Origin: Alphaproteobacteria bacterium
GTDB lineage: Bacteria; Pseudomonadota; Alphaproteobacteria; Micavibrionales; Micavibrionaceae
DNA length: 64,000 nucleotides
NCBI GenBank assembly: GCA_030426925.1
Contig: JAUHXT010000002.1
Coordinates: 14,405 to 78,404, forward strand
Direction of reading: 5' to 3'
Position numbers and translations under genes: made by a program. Shown here piece after piece: positions 55,129-62,673 of this stretch (its first letter is position 1; each line of letters starts with the position of its first letter). The notes below the pieces were generated by a model. The model saw only the letters and a list, made by a program, of their open reading frames with translations. It was not told the origin of the DNA and ran no database searches.

Positions 55129-56427
55129 CTAGCTGTTTAATTTTGTGCGCTCGAAATTAGCAATAACCGGCACACCAAGCGCTTGAGCAATCTGCTCCGG
55201 TGTGGAAAATCGTTCGTCCATAAATTCAAAGGCAAATCCGATGAACAGGCCGATGGAAAGGCCGGCAAGCAGAAAAGCCAGAAGGATGATGGCATTGGGA
55301 CGGCCGATAGGTTTTGGCGGTGTCAGGGCAGGGTCGATAATTGTAATCCGCGTGATATTCTGGGCATTCAAAAGGTTGTTGACCCGCGCTTCTTCCCCGC
55401 GCTGCTTGTAATACCTGTAGTTCTCCTCATTCAGCCGCAGGTTCTGTTGAAGCTCGTTATACTGTCCGCGATAGGCTTCAAGCTCGGCAATCCGCTGGTT
55501 GATAGAGTCCACTTTCTGCCCCAGTTCAGACTCTTCTCCATTCACAAGGGAGTTGAGGTCCTTTTCCCGCTGATCAAGGTTCTGCCGCGCCACGCCAACG
55601 GCCTGATTTGCTTTTTTCTGGAGCGCGCTTTGGGACCGGTAATTATTTCTGTCCTGTGCGGCCTGCCCACGTGCCTCTGCCAAAGATTGGCGTGCATCGC
55701 TAACGGCATTATAGGCAATGGAGATTAATTCGCTTTTTTGTTTCAACAGTTGCGCCATTTCCTGATCAATATCGGAAATGCCGTGCTCACTTTTGAATTC
55801 ATACAGTTCTTCCCGCGCTTTCTCGACTTTGCCCTTCATGGCACTGGACTGCTCATCCAGAAACTTAGTCTGCGCGGTATCATAAATATTCGCCTGCTTC
55901 GCGATGAAGGCCTCCATCAGCGTGTTGACCAGTTCGGAGGCAATCAGAGGATCTGCATGTGTGTAATAAATGTCGATAATCGTGTTGGTACCGTTGTTAA
56001 TGACATTCAGGTCTTCCAGCACATTGGCCGCTGTGATTTGAATCTTTTCTTCGTCACTCAGTGCTGCCCACTTTTTCTCTTCGGACGGCTTTTGCTGAAC
56101 GTGGATTTTCTCAATCCCCATCTTGGTGACGACTTCACCGAGCAACGCCTGGCTTTTCAGAATGCGGATGTAGGAGTCCAGCACTTCCTTGCGTTCGTAA
56201 TTGGCGCTCTTGTTGGCCCTGCGTTCTCCGGACAGGTTAACGTCCGGCCGGGCCTCCTCGCCGAATTTCACCAGCATGCCGCCCTGTGCTTTATACATAT
56301 CGTTACTGTTGGTCACGATAAACGCGCCCAAACAAGCAAACAGTAAAAAGATGAAGAAGATTTTGTATTTCTGGCGGAAAAATGCGTGAAGAATACCGCG
56401 TATATTATATTCAAAGCCCATATGCAT
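55129..56427 (-). CDS. Polysaccharide chain-length determinant (Wzz/GumC-like PCP)
   Basis: An N-terminal TM (IFFIFLLFACLGAFIV), a long coiled-coil periplasmic region, and a C-terminal TM with P-rich motif LTPPKPIGRPN. Confidence 0.8.
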   Translation of the reverse strand: MHMGFEYNIRGILHAFFRQKYKIFFIFLLFACLGAFIVTNSNDMYKAQGGMLVKFGEEARPDVNLSGERRANKSANYERKEVLDSYIRILKSQALLGEVVTKMGIEKIHVQQKPSEEKKWAALSDEEKIQITAANVLEDLNVINNGTNTIIDIYYTHADPLIASELVNTLMEAFIAKQANIYDTAQTKFLDEQSSAMKGKVEKAREELYEFKSEHGISDIDQEMAQLLKQKSELISIAYNAVSDARQSLAEARGQAAQDRNNYRSQSALQKKANQAVGVARQNLDQREKDLNSLVNGEESELGQKVDSINQRIAELEAYRGQYNELQQNLRLNEENYRYYKQRGEEARVNNLLNAQNITRITIIDPALTPPKPIGRPNAIILLAFLLAGLSIGLFIGFAFEFMDERFSTPEQIAQALGVPVIANFERTKLNS

Positions 56428-56522
56428 ACCCCGCTGCTGTAGCGGTTGCACTATAAAAGTCGGAATAGTTGAAATCAACGATTATTTTTACAGAATTCCG
56501 GATATTTTTAGAGCCTGATTAC

Positions 56523-56551
56523 TTGCAAAGCCGGAAGTTTCAAAGTATGGT
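56523..56551 (+). promoter_or_regulatory. Candidate promoter of tRNA-Val
   Basis: TTGCAA-17 nt-TATGGT, ending 13 nt before the mature tRNA 5' end. Confidence 0.35.
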
Positions 56552-56564
56552 ACGCGGGCTTTTC

Positions 56565-56639
56565 GGGCGGTTAGCTCAGCGGGAGAGCACTACGTTGACA
56601 TCGTAGGGGTCACTGGTTCGATCCCAGTACCGCCCACCA
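56565..56639 (+). tRNA. tRNA-Val (GAC anticodon)
   Basis: GGGCGGTTAGCTCAGCGGGAGAGCACTACGTTGACATCGTAGGGGTCACTGGTTCGATCCCAGTACCGCCCACCA folds by hand into a 75-nt cloverleaf. Anticodon loop UUGACAU, encoded CCA. Confidence 0.93.
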
Positions 56640-57091
56640 TTTTCCATAATATAAAAAACATGTTTATGCGACCGTTCCGGAGACGGAGCGGTTCGTTTGC
56701 CGTGTACAGGATTATAAATCTGCTTCCTTGATGAAATACTCTGGCAGGTGGGCATAATATAGATGGTATAAAATACATGTTCATGTCCGATTTTTATTGA
56801 CGAAAATCAAAAAATATTTAAGATGATATTTAAATATAAAAATAAAATTTAACAGGGAAATTAAATATGCAAGCGCACTTTACTTGACTGCGGCAAGCCG
56901 CATTTATCCTCACATAGAAAATTATTGACGGGCGATTACTTGTCCGGCCGATAGGTATTTTTTGTGGCTTCTTAAGCTTATTTGTTTAAGGGCAGGGGGA
57001 ATTCATAACAAAAATAAACCGTGCAACAGACCGGCTTTAAGCAGCTTTTCTGAACGGTAAAACACATAAAAACACACACAGGGAGTTAACT

Positions 57092-58852
57092 ATGACCAAA
57101 GGAGCAAACCGCTTTGGCGACCTACAGGCACGCCTCGCACAAGCAGACACAGGAACAGAAACAGATCGCGGCAAAAACCGCCTGCGCGAACGCTTTCGTT
57201 CAACGGAAGAGCAGGACAACACGCGAACGCAAACCGCCGTTGAGCAATCCGAGTTCTATAAAACACTGATTGATCCGGATATCGAACCCGAAAAAAAGGT
57301 CGAATTGCTGGCCGAAATGATGGTGTTTGATGAAGAAGATCTGGAAAAAAATCCGGAACAAATGAAAGAGATGAAGGCAGTTGTTGCACAACTCCTGAGT
57401 GATTTCAAACAATACAGCGTTGATGTATTGGAACTGATCCGCGATAACCCGCTTTCCGAACTTGGTACGGATATTAAAAGTGTTTTTGAACGGTATCACC
57501 AGGTCGTATCGGAAAGAGAAGGCCTTGACAAAAAGCTGGAACTGATTGATGAGGCACTGAGCCGCCACGGTGGACCGGAAGGTCTTGTCAAAGCACTTCA
57601 CAGTGCGAAAAACAACGCCGGTGAGCAGGAAGCATTCAAGGAAGAGTTGGATGAAGCACGGCAGGAAGTCGAGCGTATGGGTGGAGACCTGCGCGGACTG
57701 GACGGCGCAGTACGTGTCCTGACTGCCAGCATTAGCGAAGCAGAAAGCGATTCATTCCTTTTCTTTAAATCAGGAAAGAAACGTGAAATTGCAGAGCAAA
57801 AAAAACAGCTTGTCGATAAGAAGATCGACCGTGAAAAGCTGGCTGCCGACCTTGAGGAAAAGAAAGAGCAGTTAAGCGCGAAAGCCGGAGAGTATGAAGC
57901 GCTTCTAAAGGATGATGATTTCATGCTTCACCAGAGGATCCTGGAAATTTTGGATGTGGGATCCCCGGAGTTCAAGGAGCAGATTGCACGCCTTGCGCAG
58001 TTGACCATTGATTATGTCGGTGACACGGAAACTATTCTGAGTGACAGCCGTGATCAGATCGCGGCCTTGCTGGAAAGAAGTCAGCGCGTCCTGAACATGA
58101 TTCAGAACACCGGTGAACATGTGAGCGTCCTTCTGGCCGCGCAGAACAAGGCGCAGGGCATCAACACCGATAAGCTGACCGGCATAGAAGCACAAGCGCA
58201 GCAAGCGTCCGGACTGGAAGGAATGAAGCTGGCCAAAAAGCGCACGGCCCTGAACCGCCACATAACGGATACATCCGGCGCGGTTCGTTCATCCGCCTTG
58301 ATCGGTCAGGAGCTTAGTAAGGTCGAAACGTCGCAGGTCGCTTTTGTCGGCCGCCTGCACGAAGGTCTTTCCGATGCGGAAGAACAGCAGCTCATTTCTA
58401 CCGGCAGTGCGTCTATGACAGGGGTCGCAACGCTAAGCCGCGTGGAATCTCTGGCTGCCCAAATTCCCGGCCTGATAGCCAAAGGGCAGTATGCACAGGA
58501 CAGTGAATATGCTCTGGGAGAGTTGAACAAGGAATTCGAACGGGCACTGGCCGCGAAAATTTCCGGAAACGACTCTTTGGGTACATTCACGGACGTTCTG
58601 AAAGACGTACGCGAAGCCATGCGTGACAGGACCGACCTGGATATTGAAATTGCCAGACAAAGAAAAGGCCTGATTGACGGAATGATTGAGGAGACAGAAA
58701 AACTGGCTCGTATCAATCAGGAAGCACAGTCCATTGAAGGTGCTGTGAACCAGGAACTGTATGGCAAAAAACCTGATGCTGCTCAGGCAGGTCCAAGGGG
58801 TGGCGGAGGAGGCGCTGTGCCCGATGGCGCTGCTTTAAGAATGGTCATTTAG
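57092..58852 (+). CDS. Large coiled-coil protein of unknown function (tentatively TelA-like) with Gly-rich C-terminal tail
   Basis: 586 aa, E/K/Q/L-rich with heptad-like runs throughout. CAGGGAG SD. The tail reads GPRGGGGGAVPDGAALRMVI. Confidence 0.85.
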   Translation: MTKGANRFGDLQARLAQADTGTETDRGKNRLRERFRSTEEQDNTRTQTAVEQSEFYKTLIDPDIEPEKKVELLAEMMVFDEEDLEKNPEQMKEMKAVVAQLLSDFKQYSVDVLELIRDNPLSELGTDIKSVFERYHQVVSEREGLDKKLELIDEALSRHGGPEGLVKALHSAKNNAGEQEAFKEELDEARQEVERMGGDLRGLDGAVRVLTASISEAESDSFLFFKSGKKREIAEQKKQLVDKKIDREKLAADLEEKKEQLSAKAGEYEALLKDDDFMLHQRILEILDVGSPEFKEQIARLAQLTIDYVGDTETILSDSRDQIAALLERSQRVLNMIQNTGEHVSVLLAAQNKAQGINTDKLTGIEAQAQQASGLEGMKLAKKRTALNRHITDTSGAVRSSALIGQELSKVETSQVAFVGRLHEGLSDAEEQQLISTGSASMTGVATLSRVESLAAQIPGLIAKGQYAQDSEYALGELNKEFERALAAKISGNDSLGTFTDVLKDVREAMRDRTDLDIEIARQRKGLIDGMIEETEKLARINQEAQSIEGAVNQELYGKKPDAAQAGPRGGGGGAVPDGAALRMVI

Positions 58853-58865
58853 TGACCTGTGTGGG

Positions 58866-58898
58866 GTGGAGCCGTGCCAATCGCGGTTGCGGCTCCAC
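58866..58898 (+). other. Intercistronic 9-bp GC-rich hairpin
   Basis: GTGGAGCCG-15 nt loop-CGGCTCCAC, 14 nt after the stop of gene 1 and not followed by a clean U-run. Confidence 0.45.
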
Positions 58899-58937
58899 TG
58901 CACGAAATAAAAAATAAAGTTTTCAGGGAGAATAATA

Positions 58938-61301
58938 ATGTCTAAGGCACGTTCAAAGAAAAACGGCACGGTTTTGTACGATCTGGAAGATCACGTAGAA
59001 AATAATGATGCAGAGTTCAAATTGGTTGGAGACGGTGATATTGAAAAAATATCCAGTATCCTGGGGCAAAGCCGTAGCCCGAACCTTTTATATATAGGTA
59101 AATCCGGGCTGGGAAAGACAGCCAACCTGTACGGGATTGCCCAAAGGAAGAAAGTAACGATTGATGGAACGCTGGGGCCGGATGAAACGCGGCTGCCACT
59201 TCATATGATCGACAGGCGTTACCTGGTGCTGGATACCAACCGCTTGTTCAGCCGGAACGACCCGGAGCGCATCCAGCAAAAATTGCAGGAAATATTCGCG
59301 GAACTGGATAAGCCTGGCCGCCATGTATTGATTATCGAAGACATGAACGACTGGCTGCGCGGTATCGAAGATAACCAGTGTCAGGGCATGATCCCGTCCT
59401 TTATCAACCAGTTGAAGCGCGGATCGTTCCAGTTGATTGCCATGGTCCGCGACGAACCAGGCAAAAACAATCTGGCCCGTATACTGGAAACACATTCCGA
59501 GATGACGGAACTGTTCACGGTTCTTGAAAAGAAACCACCAAGCAAGGACGAGGTGCTGGAGATTATGCGCCGGAGCAAGGGAGCGCTGGAAGCCCACCAC
59601 GACGGCCTGCATATCACCGACGAAGCCAATGAAGAAGTCGTCAACCTGACATTTCTTTACCCGAATTTACGCCAGTACATGCGTGAACAGCCCGCACGGT
59701 CGTTGCGGATGCGCGACCAGATCGCCAGCACCTTTGTATCCAGAAGGCAGTCCAGACCGCAGGAACTTATGGAACTGGAACGTGAACTGGAAGGCATAAC
59801 GGAAAAACTGGAAGCCGGAGATGAAACACCGGAATTACTGGCCGCAAAAGCAACCGTTGAAGCACAGATCGATCAGGTGCAGGAAGCATGGGACAAGAGA
59901 ACGCACGAACTGGGGCAGGCTTACCTGAAAAAACGTAATCTGGAGCGCGACCTTCAGGAACTGGAAGCCGATATAGAGGACGAAAAAGAAAAAATAGGCG
60001 AGTCTTTTGAAAGTGAACATGGCCGCACGATGACCGATAAGGACATGGCGAACCATAAAACTCCGAACCTGAAAGAACTGGAAACATATGCCCGCCAGGC
60101 GCGCAAGGAACTCGCTGATGCCGATGAGGCCGCACAGGCCATCAAAAGCGATCACAACACCCAGTTAACATTGGACGTCAATGACATTCGCGCCGGTTTC
60201 AGTGAGATGACAGGAATTCCGGTCAAGGACCTGAACGCGGACGAAGCCACAAAAGTCATGGGACTGGACAAGCGGTTAAAAGAGAAAATCTACGGACAGG
60301 ACGATGTCGTCGATACGGTCTCTGGCGCTATCCGCAGGGCCAAGGCCGGATTGAAAGATCCGCAGAAACCGATTGGGTCGTTTATGATGCTGGGGTCTTC
60401 CGGTGTCGGGAAAAGTTATATGGCGGAATGTCTGGCTGACGACCTGTATGGCGATAAGGAAGCGTTGACCGTATTCGATATGAGCGAATTCATGGAACGC
60501 CAGAACCTGTCCCGCTTGATCGGAAGTACGCCGGGTCTTGTCGGTTTTGGTGAAGGCGGAAAATTGACCAACGCCGTTCGGGTGCGCCCGTACCAGATTA
60601 TCTTGCTGGACGAGATTGAAAAGGCGCATCCCGACGTGTTCAAAATCCTGCTTCAGGTGTTGGACAAAGGCCGTTTGAGCGATGAAGTGGGTACCGTCGA
60701 TTTTCGCAACACGGTCATCATGATGACCACCAATCTGGGACAGGAACTGTCATTTGATCCGAACCGTACATCCAGAAACAGCCGCGACGATATTATTTCG
60801 GCAGTACGCCGGATATTCCCGCAGGAACTGATCAACCGGGTTGACGATTTCATGCTGTTCAAATCATTAAGCCCCGAAAACGTGCAGAAAATTGTCAGAC
60901 GGGAACTAAAGGGCCTGAACGGCATGCTGGCCGGAAGGAACATGGAAGCCGTTCTGCCGGACGAAGATGTCGCCAGTTTGGTCACCGACAAATACCGTGA
61001 AGAAGAGGGCGCGCGCCAGATCCTTAAATTCATCAATAACAATATGACGGATCAGGTTGCGGATATTGTTCTTAGCCATTCGCATGACAAGAGCGGCGGC
61101 ACGATTATGGTTCGTTACAACCCGGATGACGACCGTTTCGATGTCAGGTTTTCAAAGGGCGGTGGCGGCGTCATCAAGCCGTTTGAGATATCGCCGGATG
61201 AAATCCGCCCAGTTGGAGGGGGCGGGGCAGGTGGCATACCCGGAGTGCCAGGGGGCGCAGCAAGGTCGGCGTTTGCCGCATTTGCACCGTCCTTCCACTA
61301 A
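58938..61301 (+). CDS. ClpB/Hsp104-like double AAA+ ATPase lacking the Clp N-domain, with degenerate NBD1
   Basis: NBD1 has Walker A GKSGLGKT and VLIIEDMND in place of ILFIDELH. A coiled-coil middle region follows. NBD2 is canonical (GSSGVGKS, IILLDEIEKAHPDVF, DFRNTVIMMTTN, GAR). Gly-rich tail. Confidence 0.9.
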   Translation: MSKARSKKNGTVLYDLEDHVENNDAEFKLVGDGDIEKISSILGQSRSPNLLYIGKSGLGKTANLYGIAQRKKVTIDGTLGPDETRLPLHMIDRRYLVLDTNRLFSRNDPERIQQKLQEIFAELDKPGRHVLIIEDMNDWLRGIEDNQCQGMIPSFINQLKRGSFQLIAMVRDEPGKNNLARILETHSEMTELFTVLEKKPPSKDEVLEIMRRSKGALEAHHDGLHITDEANEEVVNLTFLYPNLRQYMREQPARSLRMRDQIASTFVSRRQSRPQELMELERELEGITEKLEAGDETPELLAAKATVEAQIDQVQEAWDKRTHELGQAYLKKRNLERDLQELEADIEDEKEKIGESFESEHGRTMTDKDMANHKTPNLKELETYARQARKELADADEAAQAIKSDHNTQLTLDVNDIRAGFSEMTGIPVKDLNADEATKVMGLDKRLKEKIYGQDDVVDTVSGAIRRAKAGLKDPQKPIGSFMMLGSSGVGKSYMAECLADDLYGDKEALTVFDMSEFMERQNLSRLIGSTPGLVGFGEGGKLTNAVRVRPYQIILLDEIEKAHPDVFKILLQVLDKGRLSDEVGTVDFRNTVIMMTTNLGQELSFDPNRTSRNSRDDIISAVRRIFPQELINRVDDFMLFKSLSPENVQKIVRRELKGLNGMLAGRNMEAVLPDEDVASLVTDKYREEEGARQILKFINNNMTDQVADIVLSHSHDKSGGTIMVRYNPDDDRFDVRFSKGGGGVIKPFEISPDEIRPVGGGGAGGIPGVPGGAARSAFAAFAPSFH

Positions 61302-61328
61302 CAAAAATAAAAAAACAGGGAGAAAAAA

Positions 61329-62201
61329 ATGTCCAAAGACCATCAGGACGAAGCATTAAGAAAGGCGAGGGAAACGATCCGCGATCTGGATCGCGACCGA
61401 CAGCAGGAAAAAAGCCGCACAGATTTTGAAGAAGAAGCGGCGAAACCAACTGGCGGATTTGCCGAACAAATCAGGGAAACAGCCAAGGCAGCCCGAACGA
61501 TAAACAAGGCCGTCGGTATTGCGTCAAAAGCATACGAAAAACTGAAGAAATACACCGCTCCGGTATTCTGGATTGCAGGCAAGCTTGTGCGCGGGGCGGG
61601 AACAGCCTTTAAGCACGCCGCCTATATGAAAAACCGGGACGGGTCATTCAAGCTGGATGAAGACGGTGACATGATTTTTTCTGGGAACAAACTGGCTTGT
61701 ACATTTGGCGTGGCGACTTGTATTGGACTTTCGGCATATACCGGTATGAATTACGCATATTATAACGGTACGCATTTCGAAGAACTCGTATACACGACCG
61801 GAAAACAGGAAATTGTCAGCGGTGAGTTGTATCATGTAACGGGCTGTACCTCTTTGCCGTGCTCGACAGACAGCGACAACGGAAAATATTACCAGATAAC
61901 GCAAAGCTGGTTCGCACCGCGCCTTTTGTATCCGGAAGAGACAGTTTACGCCAATATTCCGCAGCAAATCGCCGCCTGCCATTTCGAAGGGTACGGGATT
62001 TATTTTAAAAGCCTGAAGCCGATTATGAGATGGGCGGAGTGGTACCAGAACATTGAAAGCGCATCCTGCCGTACGCTGACAGAAGCGGAAATCCAGCAAA
62101 GTATTCATGATGGCGGCGCTCCGGAAGTTCCGCTCACAAGGCCGGCGCCCACGGAGACTGCTCCGGCTCCGGCACAAGCGCCGGCACCAGCCTTACAATA
62201 A
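61329..62201 (+). CDS. Single-pass membrane protein of unknown function with Cys-containing extracytoplasmic domain and Pro/Ala tail
   Basis: A charged N-terminal ~110 aa, a TM segment LACTFGVATCIGLSAYTGM, a ~140-aa domain with four Cys after the TM segment, and the tail PAPTETAPAPAQAPAPALQ. CAGGGAG SD. Confidence 0.8.
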   Translation: MSKDHQDEALRKARETIRDLDRDRQQEKSRTDFEEEAAKPTGGFAEQIRETAKAARTINKAVGIASKAYEKLKKYTAPVFWIAGKLVRGAGTAFKHAAYMKNRDGSFKLDEDGDMIFSGNKLACTFGVATCIGLSAYTGMNYAYYNGTHFEELVYTTGKQEIVSGELYHVTGCTSLPCSTDSDNGKYYQITQSWFAPRLLYPEETVYANIPQQIAACHFEGYGIYFKSLKPIMRWAEWYQNIESASCRTLTEAEIQQSIHDGGAPEVPLTRPAPTETAPAPAQAPAPALQ

Positions 62202-62219
62202 AAACAGGGAGACAATCAG

Positions 62220-62660
62220 ATGGGAAAAAAACCGGAAGAAAAAGACATCATCGACCAGCTTGCCGATGATATCGCGGATGGCGTCGCAGAAATGAGAGCT
62301 GATTTTAAAGATGCCAGCGACGCCGTACGAAAGGGAATAAAAGGCGGGATTAAAAAGGCCGGGGAGGCGTATGATGAAGCAGGAAAAGTGATCGGCAAGG
62401 ATCGCCTTTTAGGGGCCAGTATCGGGGCTTATAAAGGATGGGCGATTGGAAGCTTTGGCGGCCCTGTAGGCATGATCAAAGGAGTGGTAATCGGTACGGT
62501 CTTTGGGTATGTCGCCGGACCGAAAATAAAGGATTGGTGGAGTGAAGACGACCGCCCTCAGGATAACGATCCGGATGCGCCGCCACCGGAAACAAAAAAC
62601 CCGGGCGCAACTGATCAGCAGGAACGCAAACCACCCGGTATGCATAACAAAAATGAATGA
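62220..62660 (+). CDS. Glycine-zipper small membrane protein
   Basis: The segment GASIGAYKGWAIGSFGGPVGMIKGVVIGTVFGYVAG has a GxxxG-rich pattern. Charged termini. CAGGGAG SD. Confidence 0.75.
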   Translation: MGKKPEEKDIIDQLADDIADGVAEMRADFKDASDAVRKGIKGGIKKAGEAYDEAGKVIGKDRLLGASIGAYKGWAIGSFGGPVGMIKGVVIGTVFGYVAGPKIKDWWSEDDRPQDNDPDAPPPETKNPGATDQQERKPPGMHNKNE

Positions 62661-62673
62661 GGATAATGCCGGA

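Noticed and set aside
56590-56784. 64-aa minus-strand ORF
   Set aside because: It overlaps the tRNA-Val gene body and its downstream hairpin, so it is an artefact.
58938-61301. ClpB-like gene as a T6SS ClpV or as the housekeeping disaggregase
   Set aside because: No T6SS genes (tssB/C, hcp, vgrG and others) are in the neighbourhood, and the ClpV/ClpB N-domain is absent. The degenerate NBD1 and missing pore-loop tyrosines argue against a canonical ClpB. Absence of another clpB elsewhere in the genome cannot be checked from this window.
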